Source of the DNA: Nitrospinales bacterium
Lineage (GTDB): Bacteria; Nitrospinota; Nitrospinia; Nitrospinales; JAJDAT01
Reading direction: 5' to 3'
DNA length: 59,056 nt
Assembly: GCA_046757665.1 (NCBI GenBank)
Contig: JBHHYO010000010.1
Span: 1-59,056 of the forward strand
The position numbers and the translations under genes were made by a program. The notes below the pieces were generated by a model that worked only from the letters and a program-made list of their open reading frames with translations, ran no database searches and had not been told where the DNA came from. Of the stretch, positions 19,703 to 30,215 are shown in pieces (positions within the stretch are counted from its first letter, which is position 1; every line of letters starts with the position of its first letter).

Positions 19703-20560
19703 ATGGCCACTCAACGCGACATCAAACGGCGCATCCGTAGCGTCAAGAATACCCAGCAGATCACCAAGGCGATGAAGCTGGTCTCCGCTTCAAAACTGCG
19801 CCGCGCCCAGGAGGCCATCCTGAGCGCCAGGCCCTTTGCCTTGAAAATGGCGGAGATGATGCACCACCTCGCCGCCCGTTGCAATCCGGACATGCACCCG
19901 CTGTTGCGCGAAAGAAAAGAGGAAGGCAAAATTCTCCTCCTCGTCATCACTTCCGACAAAGGTCTGTGCGGCGGTTTCAACAGCAATATTCTCCGCAAGG
20001 CGCTCGGTGTCATTAAGGAACATTCCGGAAAGGAAGTTCTTCTGATCGCCGCCGGCAGGAAAGGGCAGGGGTTTTTCAAGGTGCAAGGCCGAAAAATCCT
20101 GCGGGAGTACGTGGGCTGGACCAAAGACTTCGACTTCCTGAAAGCCGCAGAGGTTGGGGATGTGTTGATGCAACTCTACCTGGAAGGTGCAGTCGATAAA
20201 ATTTACGTCGTTTACAATGAGTTTAAATCGGTCATTCAGCAGGAAGTGATTGTGGAACAACTGCTCCCCATCGTCCCCGAAAAACTGGAGGGCGAGGATC
20301 TGATGGTCGATTACATTTATGAACCCGATGAAGTGTCCATTCTGGATCACATCCTCAAAAGATACATGAACGTGGAAGTGTACCGGGCTTTCCTGGAATC
20401 CGCCGCCAGCGAGCATGGTGCGAGGATGACCGCCATGGACAACGCCACCCGCAACGCGGGCGAGATGATCGATACCCTGACGCTCAATTACAACAAGGCT
20501 CGGCAGGCCTATATCACCAAGGAACTGATTGAAGTGGTTAACGGCGCCGAAGCGCTTTAG
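19703..20560 (+). CDS. atpG: F0F1 ATP synthase subunit gamma
   Basis: ITKAMKLVS, DKGLCGGFN, ARMTAMDNAT, RQAYITKEL. Confidence 0.98.
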   Translation: MATQRDIKRRIRSVKNTQQITKAMKLVSASKLRRAQEAILSARPFALKMAEMMHHLAARCNPDMHPLLRERKEEGKILLLVITSDKGLCGGFNSNILRKALGVIKEHSGKEVLLIAAGRKGQGFFKVQGRKILREYVGWTKDFDFLKAAEVGDVLMQLYLEGAVDKIYVVYNEFKSVIQQEVIVEQLLPIVPEKLEGEDLMVDYIYEPDEVSILDHILKRYMNVEVYRAFLESAASEHGARMTAMDNATRNAGEMIDTLTLNYNKARQAYITKELIEVVNGAEAL

Positions 20561-20592
20561 GGCCGGAGAGCCCCGGCCTTTTGATAAACTGA

Positions 20593-22020
<1,428 letters not shown>

Positions 22021-22023
22021 ACC

Positions 22024-22434
22024 ATGGCCGACGTACTGGATTTAAACATCGTCACCCCGGAGCGCCTGATGGTCACCGAGAAAGTGGACCAGGTGAACAT
22101 CCCCGGTTCGGAAGGCGACATGGGCATCCTTTATGACCATGCGCCTATTTTAACGACCCTGCGTCCCGGCCGGTTGTCTTACCAGAAAGGCGACAAAACC
22201 GTTTCCCTGGTGGTCAGCGCCGGCTACGCCGAGGTGGCGGCAAACCGCGTTATCGTGCTGGCGGAAACCGCCGAGTTCGTGGACGAAGTGGACCGGGCCA
22301 GAGCCCAGGCCGCAAAAGAAAAGGCCGAGAAGAGGCTCGGCGACCCCCAGCTTTCCGACGACGAATTCCAGAAAGCGCAGAGAAAACTGTTCCGCGCCAC
22401 CGCCCGCCTCGAAAGCGCCGAGGACAAGCGATAA
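22024..22434 (+). CDS. atpC: F0F1 ATP synthase subunit epsilon
   Basis: IVTPER, G.MGILYDHAP, helical C-terminus. Confidence 0.96.
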   Translation: MADVLDLNIVTPERLMVTEKVDQVNIPGSEGDMGILYDHAPILTTLRPGRLSYQKGDKTVSLVVSAGYAEVAANRVIVLAETAEFVDEVDRARAQAAKEKAEKRLGDPQLSDDEFQKAQRKLFRATARLESAEDKR

Positions 22435-22474
22435 CCCGCCCGGCAACTCCGCCACGCTTTTCCCGCACCCTCTA

Positions 22475-22584
22475 TCTCGTTCCTACGCTCCGCGTAGGAA
22501 CCCTGTTTGATGACGCTCCCGCGTCAAGCGATAAGCCGCGGAGCGGCGCAAAGCTTCATTCCCACGCAGAGCGTGGGAATGAGA
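22475..22584. repeat. REP/REPIN-like paired palindrome between convergent genes
   Basis: CTCGTTCCTACGCTCCGCGTAGGAA and CATTCCCACGCAGAGCGTGGGAATGAG are hairpins that are also imperfect inverted copies of each other. Confidence 0.72.
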
Positions 22585-22750
22585 GGTCGCCTTTTTTCCT
22601 CTTCGAAACGCCACCCCACGAATTCCCCGCCTCGATCAGCACGATATTGTTTTTCACCCGCTCCCCGAATCCGGCACATCCCGTCCATTGCCATACATAT
22701 AACCGAGATCGCTTTGCACCTTGGTATCATTGGGATTTTCGCGGTTGGAT

Positions 22751-23344
22751 TCAGCCCTTGAGGGTGATCTTTTTTATGGAGTGGGTGATGCGTTTCAGTT
22801 TGGCGGTGTTTTTGGCTTTCTGCGTTTTTCTGGGGATGTGTTTTTTTGTCGAACTTTTGCCGCGCCGCCGCCGGGTGTTTTTCAATAGCCATTCGATGTC
22901 CAGCAGGCACTTGTCCCGCGCCGGGCGGTCCATCTTCCGGTACAGGGTGAGGAGTTTCTTTTCGCTCTCCTCCGTGCTGATCCAGTAACTACCCCGCAGT
23001 CCCTTGAAAACCAAATGGCCTTCCTGAAGGAAGCCGCCGATGACGTCCGGCTTGCCGGTCCGGGCCGGCGGCGTGTCGGCGTCCGGCGCCGCCAGGTCCT
23101 GCTCCTTGATTTCCGTGGTCAGCAGTCGGTCCAGGGACAGGTTCCCCAGCCTCGCCAGTTTGACGAGAACGGAAACGGGCGTGTCCCTTTGACCGGCTTC
23201 GTAACGGACATAGGTGCGGAATCCGATATTCAAAACCTCGGCCATCTCCATTTGCGTGCAGTGCAGATGCTTGCGGATGGTTGTCATGTTTTTCGATAAT
23301 GTGGTCATTTGCATTCGATCCGGAGCTTGACGATTGTTCGTCAA
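22751..23344 (-). CDS. XRE-family helix-turn-helix transcriptional regulator (true start may be downstream)
   Basis: TQMEMAEVLNIGFRTYVRYEAGQR HTH, SLDRLL. Confidence 0.85.
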   Translation of the reverse strand: MTNNRQAPDRMQMTTLSKNMTTIRKHLHCTQMEMAEVLNIGFRTYVRYEAGQRDTPVSVLVKLARLGNLSLDRLLTTEIKEQDLAAPDADTPPARTGKPDVIGGFLQEGHLVFKGLRGSYWISTEESEKKLLTLYRKMDRPARDKCLLDIEWLLKNTRRRRGKSSTKKHIPRKTQKAKNTAKLKRITHSIKKITLKG

Positions 23345-23421
23345 GGGTGTCGAACCGGGCGAGAAAACCGCATTGGGAAATTTGGGGATTTCCGGGAGGC
23401 GGGTCGTTGATTATCCGGTCT

Positions 23422-24177
23422 TCAGGCCAGTTCGATACCGTTTTTTCGTAGAAACTTGTATGCTTCGTCGATCCAGTGTTTTTCTTTTTCCAGCTTGTAT
23501 TCGGGCAGGTTTTTTGAGGTGCCGATAATGCTTTTCATGCAACGGATGGCTTCCTGTTTTTTTCCCCGCTTGTCAAGCAGTTGGGCATAGTGGTAATACG
23601 CCTTGAAAAAATGATAGGAATGGATGACCGTTTCGTACGTGGCGAGGGCCATTTCTTCCATGCTGGCGAGACGGTAGCACTCCGCCAGTCCGAAAATGGC
23701 ATTACCGTAATCGTATTTCTTGTCGATTTTGACGAGGTCTTCCAGCACCTCCGCCGCTTCCGCGTAGCGTTTCAAGCCGTGCAGGCTCTTGGCCAGGCCG
23801 TAGCGGGCTTCCAGCATTTCCGGGTCGCGCTCGATGGCCTCGCGGAACGGTTCCAGGGCCAGGTCGAACCGTTTGTTTTCCAGATAGATTTGCCCGAGTT
23901 TTTCGTAATGGTAGGGTTTGTGGAATCTGTCGATCAGGTCCTTGAGTTGCAGGGTTCCGTCGGTTTCGACTTCCTTTGGAGTGGAGGAGGATGAGACGAT
24001 AGACATAATGGGGAACTGCGATTTTCCCTTGGTCTTTACGGCGAAATAGTACACCACCGCGCCGATGGGAAACAGCACCACCATGATCACGATCCAGATG
24101 AAGTGCTCTTTCCTCTTGATGCAGTCCAGGCACATCCAGACCATGAATATTAAGCTTAAAATTATGAATGCATCCAT
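23422..24177 (-). CDS. Membrane-anchored TPR protein (PLDc_N-like N-terminus)
   Basis: Two short TM helices (W..DC..R...WI...FPIGAVVYYF) followed by TPRs; ATG at 24177 preferred. Confidence 0.8.
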   Translation of the reverse strand: MDAFIILSLIFMVWMCLDCIKRKEHFIWIVIMVVLFPIGAVVYYFAVKTKGKSQFPIMSIVSSSSTPKEVETDGTLQLKDLIDRFHKPYHYEKLGQIYLENKRFDLALEPFREAIERDPEMLEARYGLAKSLHGLKRYAEAAEVLEDLVKIDKKYDYGNAIFGLAECYRLASMEEMALATYETVIHSYHFFKAYYHYAQLLDKRGKKQEAIRCMKSIIGTSKNLPEYKLEKEKHWIDEAYKFLRKNGIELA

Positions 24178-24273
24178 TGTGTGTCGGTCCTGATTGGGTG
24201 ATTTTCTTATAACAAAATAACGGCCTGAATACAACCGGACCGTGGGGAGCGAAAGAGAGCGTGGCGCCGGGGC

Positions 24274-24633
24274 TCAGGATTGCGGGTTCATGATACGGTT
24301 ATTGTCGAAATCCAGTATGACAACCTTCGGCGTGAACGCCTCGCCTTCCGTGTTCATGATACCATAAGCGGCGATAATGATGCGATCATTTATGTGCACC
24401 AGGCGGGCGGCGGCGCCGTTGAGGGAAACGGTTTTACTGCCCCGTTCCCCGGGAATGGCGTAGGTTATAAAACGGTTGCCGTTGTTGATGTCATAGATGT
24501 GCACTTGCTCGTAGGGAAGAATATCCACCTCTTCCATCAGGGCCGGGTCGATCTCAATACTTCCCTCGTAGTCCATTTTGGTGTCGGTGACTCTCGCCCC
24601 GTGCAACTTGGACTTTAACAGGATTCGTTGCAT
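24274..24633 (-). CDS. panD: Aspartate 1-decarboxylase
   Basis: LKSKLH, YEG/S self-cleavage site, NGAAARL. Confidence 0.97.
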   Translation of the reverse strand: MQRILLKSKLHGARVTDTKMDYEGSIEIDPALMEEVDILPYEQVHIYDINNGNRFITYAIPGERGSKTVSLNGAAARLVHINDRIIIAAYGIMNTEGEAFTPKVVILDFDNNRIMNPQS

Positions 24634-25481
24634 CCGTTTCTCTCCACGACACAGTTGTCGATCAGCCTTGCCTTGCCGACGCGGACCGCCAGGGCAATCA
24701 AAGCCTCACCGTCAATGTGTTCCTTGTCGGTAAAGGTTTGCGTGTCGCACACGGAAATGTAGTCGATCTCGGCGTGCTTTTCACCGTCGATAATGCGGCG
24801 CATGGTTTTCTTGATTTTATCCGCCGAGGTTTCGCCGTTTTTGACGAGGCCGGCGGCGGCTTGCAGAGCCTTGTGCAACGCAAGAGCCGAGGGTCTCTGT
24901 TCGGGCGACAAATAAAGGTTGCGGGAACTCATGGCCAGTCCGTCCGGCTCGCGGACAATGGGCAGGCCGACGACGGATACCGGCAGATTCAAATCCCGCA
25001 CCATGGTTTGGATAACCCCCAATTGTTGCCGGTCCTTTTCCCCGAAAAAGGCGGTGTGCGGTTGCACGATATTGAACAGTTTGAGGACGACCGTCGCTAC
25101 CCCGCGAAAAAAGCCGGGCCGGCTTTTGCCGCACAGGCGGGCGCTGATTTCCTCCACGCAAACGAAGGTTTTATAGCCGTCCGGGTAGATTTCCCGGCGG
25201 CTCGGCAAAAACAGCGCATCCACGCCCAGGGCGTCCAGATTCCGCCGGTCGCTTTCCAGGTCTACGGGATACGTTTCCAGGTCTTCGTTCTCCCCGAATT
25301 GAGCGGGGTTGATGAAGATGCCGACGACGGTGAAGTCGCAAGCGGCCAGGGAGTGGCGCACCAGGCTGAGATGGCCTTCGTGCAGGCAACCCATGGTCGG
25401 GACGAATCCGACGACCTTGCCCGCGTCCCGGGCCTGGCGGGACCGAGCCCGCATCTCGTCTATGGAGTGGATGATTTCCAT
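24615..25481 (-). CDS. panC: Pantoate--beta-alanine ligase
   Basis: FVPTMGCLHEGH, FFGEKD, GLAMSSRN, RLIDN. Confidence 0.98.
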   Translation of the reverse strand: MEIIHSIDEMRARSRQARDAGKVVGFVPTMGCLHEGHLSLVRHSLAACDFTVVGIFINPAQFGENEDLETYPVDLESDRRNLDALGVDALFLPSRREIYPDGYKTFVCVEEISARLCGKSRPGFFRGVATVVLKLFNIVQPHTAFFGEKDRQQLGVIQTMVRDLNLPVSVVGLPIVREPDGLAMSSRNLYLSPEQRPSALALHKALQAAAGLVKNGETSADKIKKTMRRIIDGEKHAEIDYISVCDTQTFTDKEHIDGEALIALAVRVGKARLIDNCVVERNGCNESC

Positions 25482-25512
25482 TTGATCGGTTTTACATTAA
25501 AGAAAGGTTCGC

Positions 25513-26358
25513 TTATCCGGCATCCCGGTTCACCCGGCGCAAGGAGGGATGAAGGTGGTACGAATGTTCCTCGCCGGGGAAAGATCGCGACCGCACCGAA
25601 TCGATAAAGTCCCGGACGGCGGTTTGCGCTTGCCGGCCCAAATCCGCAAAGTGCTTGACGTATTTCGGGACGAAGTCCGGGTTCAGGCCCAGCATATCGT
25701 TGAGGACGAGGATTTGCCCGTCGCACTGGAGCCCGGCGCCGATGCCGATGGTGGGGATGCTCAGACTGCCGGTGATTTCCGCCGCCAATTCGGTGGGGAT
25801 GCCTTCCAGAACCAGCGCAAACACTCCGGCTTCCTGGAGGATGCGGGCGTCCTGTTTGATCTGCCGCGCGTCCAGGCGGTTTTTTCCCTGCACCCGGTAG
25901 CCGCCGAACTGGTGAACCGACTGCGGCGTCAGGCCGATATGACCCATCACGGAGATGCCCGCCTGGGTTACGGCGCGGATTCTCTCGACCATGCGGACGC
26001 CGCCTTCCATCTTCACCGCCTCGGTGCCGCCTTCCTGGATGAATCGTCCGGCGTTGGCCACGGCTTTTTCATTGGAAACCTGGTAAGACATAAACGGCAT
26101 GTCGCCAACCAGCAAGGCGTTGTGAACGCCGCGCCGGACGGCCCGGGTATGGTGGAGCATATCCTCCATCGTCACCGGCAAGGTGCTGTCGTATCCCAGG
26201 GATACCATGCCTACGGAATCGCCGACCAGAATCATGTCGATTCCGGCGGCATCAAGGATTCCGGCAAAACAGTAATCGTATGCGGTCAACGCGGTGATTT
26301 TTTTTCCCGCTTTCTTGCGCTCCGCAATGGCGGGGATGGTTATTTTTTTAGTGTTCAT
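25513..26358 (-). CDS. panB: 3-methyl-2-oxobutanoate hydroxymethyltransferase
   Basis: LTAYD, ILVGDS, DMPFMSY, KMEGG, GHIGLTPQS. Confidence 0.98.
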   Translation of the reverse strand: MNTKKITIPAIAERKKAGKKITALTAYDYCFAGILDAAGIDMILVGDSVGMVSLGYDSTLPVTMEDMLHHTRAVRRGVHNALLVGDMPFMSYQVSNEKAVANAGRFIQEGGTEAVKMEGGVRMVERIRAVTQAGISVMGHIGLTPQSVHQFGGYRVQGKNRLDARQIKQDARILQEAGVFALVLEGIPTELAAEITGSLSIPTIGIGAGLQCDGQILVLNDMLGLNPDFVPKYVKHFADLGRQAQTAVRDFIDSVRSRSFPGEEHSYHLHPSLRRVNRDAG

Positions 26359-26422
26359 CGGCGGCCCGGTTGGGTGGGTAGGGCGGGGCGGGTGCCGTTC
26401 GCTCTCGAACCCACGGTTTGCG

Positions 26423-26454
26423 AAAAAAAACCCGTCGGACAGGCAACCGGCGGG
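26423..26454 (-). terminator. Intrinsic terminator/attenuator in the panB leader
   Basis: Minus strand CCCGCCGG-TTGCCTGT-CCGACGGG (one mismatch) followed by T8. Confidence 0.6.
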
Positions 26455-26549
26455 GCGCGAACGTTTCCCTTTTTTTCTTGCAAGACAAAACGGCTCACAG
26501 CCCCTCGCGGGGTCTTGCGGCGTTCAACCATTACTGCGAAAGGAAAAGC

Positions 26550-26582
26550 TCCGTCCCGGTCCCTTAGCTGGATCCAAGCGGA
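26550..26582 (-). ncRNA. pan-type cis-regulatory RNA hairpin upstream of panB
   Basis: Minus strand UCCG-CUUGG-A-UCC-AGCUAAG-GGA-CCGGG-A-CGGA is a stem with two bulged As upstream of panBCD, as described for the pan motif. Confidence 0.7.
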
Positions 26583-27217
26583 TTATAATACTCTCTACCT
26601 ATTGTATGGCGGTTGATTTTATTTATCAACTGCTCCAGGTCACATTTTTTCTCAACGAAATCGATTTCATTGGTGTTGATCACCAGAAGGGGCGTTTCCG
26701 AATAATAAAAGAAATAATGATTGAACGCCTTGTTGACTTCCTCAAGATAGTCCCGGTCGATATTCTTTTCATAGACGCGGCCGCGTTTTTTGACGCGCCG
26801 CAAAAGCACGTCCGTCTCGGCCTGGAGAAAAATCACCAGATCGGGTCTGGGGAGCTTGCCGCGTAGCATGTTGAATATTTTTTCGTAAAGCTGGAATTCG
26901 TGCCCCTTCAAATTGAGGTTGGCGAAGATACGGTCGCGTTGGAACAGGTAGTCGATGATGACGACGGAGTTGAACAAATCCATCTGCGCCAGCTCCAGAT
27001 ACTGGTAATAGCGGTCCAGTAAAAAAAAAATCTGGGTTTGGAAGGCGTAGTCGCCGCGGTTTTCGTAAAATTTTTCGAGGAAGGGATTCTTGCCGTCGTT
27101 TTCGAGGATCAGTTTGGCGTTGTAGTTTTTGTTCAGCAAATTGACCAGGCTGGTTTTGCCCGCGCCAATGGCGCCTTCCACAGCAATCAAGCGAGGCTGG
27201 TCGAAATTTTTTTTCAT
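26564..27217 (-). CDS. Deoxynucleoside kinase family protein
   Basis: P-loop EGAIGAGKT, NPFLEKFY, FQTQIFFL, PDLVIFL. Confidence 0.9.
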   Translation of the reverse strand: MKKNFDQPRLIAVEGAIGAGKTSLVNLLNKNYNAKLILENDGKNPFLEKFYENRGDYAFQTQIFFLLDRYYQYLELAQMDLFNSVVIIDYLFQRDRIFANLNLKGHEFQLYEKIFNMLRGKLPRPDLVIFLQAETDVLLRRVKKRGRVYEKNIDRDYLEEVNKAFNHYFFYYSETPLLVINTNEIDFVEKKCDLEQLINKINRHTIGREYYNPLGSS

Positions 27218-27229
27218 AGTCGAAGCTTG

Positions 27230-27595
27230 TTACGCGGACCGGGTTTCTTCCAGAATCGTTTTGACGGTTATTCCCAGCTCCCGGAGGTTCGCCGATTTTA
27301 TCACGTGGGCGGAGGAAGCCCAAACCCGGAAATCCTGTCGGGCGCTACCGTGGCGCGTACACAAAATCATCGGGATGTTTCGATATTCCTTGCGGCATTT
27401 TTCCAGAAATTCGATCCCGTCTTCCTCCCGGCCCTGAATGTCGAACGTGATCAAATCGGGTTTTTCCCCCGCAAGTTTTTTTTCCGCGTCTTGTGGATCG
27501 TCCGCCAGGCTGACCTGGTAGCCCAGGCCCTCCAGATTTTCCTTGTACCGGTTTCTGAGATCGGCTTTGTTGCCGACGATCAAAATACGTTTCAT
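27230..27595 (-). CDS. Single-domain response regulator, atypical acidic pocket
   Basis: Receiver fold (PDLITFDI, DGIEFL, IPMILCT) but ILIVGNK in place of ILIVDD. Confidence 0.78.
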   Translation of the reverse strand: MKRILIVGNKADLRNRYKENLEGLGYQVSLADDPQDAEKKLAGEKPDLITFDIQGREEDGIEFLEKCRKEYRNIPMILCTRHGSARQDFRVWASSAHVIKSANLRELGITVKTILEETRSA

Positions 27596-27756
27596 GTGTT
27601 GTCCTCGCCGCGCTTTTCCGTGGTTCAGTATTTGGAAAATTTTTTCTCCGGAAGCTGTCCGCGGGGCCGTAGTTTACCAGAGCGGAAATAAGATGAAAAT
27701 TCTTAATTGCAAAACATAACCGTTGCCTGAAGAAAATTCAATCCCTATAATTGAAT

Positions 27757-27905
27757 AAGAGCTTTGCATAAGTCTCCTTGTTTGACAGTCATTGCGAGGA
27801 GGCGAAGCCGACAAGGCAATCCAGAAGGCTGGATCGCCGCGCCGCGGGTCGCGGCTCGCGATGACACCGGGGACGGCGAAGAATCTCGGGTTATGCAACG
27901 CTCTC
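27757..27905 (-). mobile_element. MITE-like palindromic repeat, copy B (short form)
   Basis: Ends AAGAGCTTTGCATAA ... TTATGCAACGCTCTC; same internal palindromes in reverse orientation. Confidence 0.85.
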
Positions 27906-27970
27906 TAATCGAATGAGGGATATTAATCCAAGGAAAGGTTGCGGCCGTTGCGGTTGCGGGGTCATGGATC

Positions 27971-29224
27971 ATGCCATCGGTTTTGCGGGACAAAGTCATT
28001 GCTCTCGGTGTTTCCGGCGGTATTGCCGCTTACAAGGCGGTTGAGCTGGCGCGTCTGCTGGTGCGCGCGGGCGCGTCGGTGTATGTGGTCTTGAGCGCCA
28101 ATGCGGGCCGATTCGTCACGCCCTTGACTTTCCGGGCCGTCTCCGGGCATCCGGTTTACCATGACGTGTTTGAGCCGGACGCCTCCGATGCCATGGAACA
28201 TGTTCAAACGGCGGCCAATGCGGACTTGCTCATCGTCGCTCCGGCATCCGCCAATGCGATTGCCAAAATGGCTAACGGGCTGGCGGACGATGCTCTGTCC
28301 ACCTTGTTTGCCGCCTATGACGGGCCGGTTATCGTGGCTCCGTCGATGAATGACAAGATGTACGCCAATCCGGCGGTGCGGGAAAATATCGAAAAACTCC
28401 AAATGCACGGGATCGAGGTTTTGGATCCGGATCGTGGTGAGTTGGCTTGCGGGACCGTGGGGCTGGGCCGTCTGCCCGAACCGACAGCCCTCCTGAAGGC
28501 CGTTAAACGACGAATGTCCACTGCCGATTCTCCGGAGCGCAAGAAGGATTTGGCCGGCATGACGTTTCTGGTGACCGCCGGTCCGACGCGGGAGCCCCTG
28601 GACCCGGTTCGCTACCTCACCAATGCGTCATCGGGCAAGATGGGATACGCCGTTGCCGAGCGGGCACGGGCGCGGGGCGCAAAAGTGATCTTGATCAGCG
28701 GGCCCACCCGGCTGGACCCGCCGCACGGCGTTACGGCGCTCTCCTGCCTGCGGGCGCACGAGATGGCTTCGCTGGTCCGCGACCATTTTCCGCAATGCGA
28801 TGTGCTGGTGATGGCCGCCGCCGTGGGGGATTTTGCTCCGGAAACGGTGCAGGACGAGAAAATCAAAAAAGGTTCGCAGGATTCACTGACGATCAAGTTT
28901 TGCCGCAACCCGGATATTTTGCTGGAGGCATCGAAACACAAAACCCGGCAGATTATGGTGGGGTTTGCCGCCGAAACGCAAGACGTGGTCCAACATGCCT
29001 TGAGTAAACTGCAACAAAAACACCTCGACCTGATCGTTGCCAACGATGTCGGCATTGCCGGAAACGGGTTTCAGTCGGACTTCAATCAGGTGACCTTGAT
29101 CGAGAGCGAAACCCGGATCGAGGAATTACCGCGCTTGCCCAAGCAAGAGGTGGCCGACATCCTTTTGGATCGTGTATTGGAATTGGCGGCGGAAAGAAAA
29201 CAACGCGCCGGCGGGAGCGCATAG
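27971..29224 (+). CDS. coaBC: Bifunctional phosphopantothenoylcysteine decarboxylase/synthetase
   Basis: GGIAAYKA, APASAN, ELACG..G.GRL, TAGPTRE.LDPVRY, SSGKMG, GFAAET. Confidence 0.98.
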   Translation: MPSVLRDKVIALGVSGGIAAYKAVELARLLVRAGASVYVVLSANAGRFVTPLTFRAVSGHPVYHDVFEPDASDAMEHVQTAANADLLIVAPASANAIAKMANGLADDALSTLFAAYDGPVIVAPSMNDKMYANPAVRENIEKLQMHGIEVLDPDRGELACGTVGLGRLPEPTALLKAVKRRMSTADSPERKKDLAGMTFLVTAGPTREPLDPVRYLTNASSGKMGYAVAERARARGAKVILISGPTRLDPPHGVTALSCLRAHEMASLVRDHFPQCDVLVMAAAVGDFAPETVQDEKIKKGSQDSLTIKFCRNPDILLEASKHKTRQIMVGFAAETQDVVQHALSKLQQKHLDLIVANDVGIAGNGFQSDFNQVTLIESETRIEELPRLPKQEVADILLDRVLELAAERKQRAGGSA

Positions 29225-29250
29225 AGGACCGGGCAGTCCGCTCCCGGCGA

Positions 29251-30063
29251 TTACTTTTCGGCGTCCGCCGCGCAACGGAACCCCAGCGTTTTGCTCCGGA
29301 GTTTCGGCACCGTGGCGCCGCGATAAGTCAACCGGACATCTTCCTTGATGTTTCTCCAATTGCCGCCGCGGATAACTTTGTACTGGCCTTTTGGGGGGCC
29401 TTTGGGGTTCTTTCTGGGAGAAAACTGGTAGTAGTTTCCATCGTGCCAGTCGAACACCCATTCGGCGACGTTTCCCGAAAGGTCGTAAACGCCGTAGTCG
29501 GATTTTCCCGCCTCGTAGGAGCCCACCCTGGCGGGTTTCCCCAGTTCATTATTGTAATTCAATTTGGTGTTGTCCGGTTCCTCCTCGCCCCACGGGAAGG
29601 TAACGGGGCGTTTGCCGCGTGCGGCTTTTTCCCATTCGGCTTCCGTGGGCAGGCGCTTGTTGCTCCACAGGCAAAAAGCCCTGGCTTCCTTCCAGGATAC
29701 CCCCACGACCGGCTGGCGGGGGTCGTTATAATCCGGGTTGTCCCAGAACCGCGGTTTTTTGAAACCGGCGGCCTTGACGTCCTCGGCATTGATGAACTTT
29801 GCGTAATCGGCGTTGGTGACTTCGTAAATGTCGATGTAAAAACTGTCCACATTGACCATATGAGCCACGTCCTCCGGGCCCAGCATGTGGCGGTCGGGAT
29901 TCAGAAAAGCGGTGGGGTCAAACTCTTTCAATGACTGCCGGGACCCCATTTCGTATTCCCCGCCGGGGATGAGGACCATACCTTCTTTATGCTCCCCCTC
30001 GTGGGCTGGTGCGGCGGCGGTGGATAGAACCAGAAATATCAGCGCGGATAAAATCGTTTTCAA
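29251..30063 (-). CDS. Secreted FGE-sulfatase (SUMF1) fold protein lacking the FGE catalytic cysteines
   Basis: Signal peptide, EVTN..Y, RLPTEAEWEKAARG, GNVAEW, RGGNW, GFRC. Confidence 0.88.
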   Translation of the reverse strand: MKTILSALIFLVLSTAAAPAHEGEHKEGMVLIPGGEYEMGSRQSLKEFDPTAFLNPDRHMLGPEDVAHMVNVDSFYIDIYEVTNADYAKFINAEDVKAAGFKKPRFWDNPDYNDPRQPVVGVSWKEARAFCLWSNKRLPTEAEWEKAARGKRPVTFPWGEEEPDNTKLNYNNELGKPARVGSYEAGKSDYGVYDLSGNVAEWVFDWHDGNYYQFSPRKNPKGPPKGQYKVIRGGNWRNIKEDVRLTYRGATVPKLRSKTLGFRCAADAEK

Positions 30064-30215
30064 TATATTTTCTCCATAAAAAAACGGGTATAGTGCATGA
30101 AAACAAACTTTGATTTAAATTTCAAGAGGCAATGCGGCGCCCTTGGTCCAGAGCCGATGGGACAAGTGTATTGGGGATTGGTGCTTTTGGAAACGCTCTT
30201 CAAGGCAAGGGAATC

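Noticed and set aside
18221-19714. 497-aa antisense ORF opposite atpA (similar shadows at 13731, 34145, 48257, 49530, 55035)
   Set aside because: Antisense shadow ORFs of conserved GC-rich genes, with no recognisable motifs
29251-30063. True formylglycine-generating enzyme, or a DGR target
   Set aside because: Catalytic Cys pair absent and no sulfatase nearby; no reverse transcriptase or template repeat in the window
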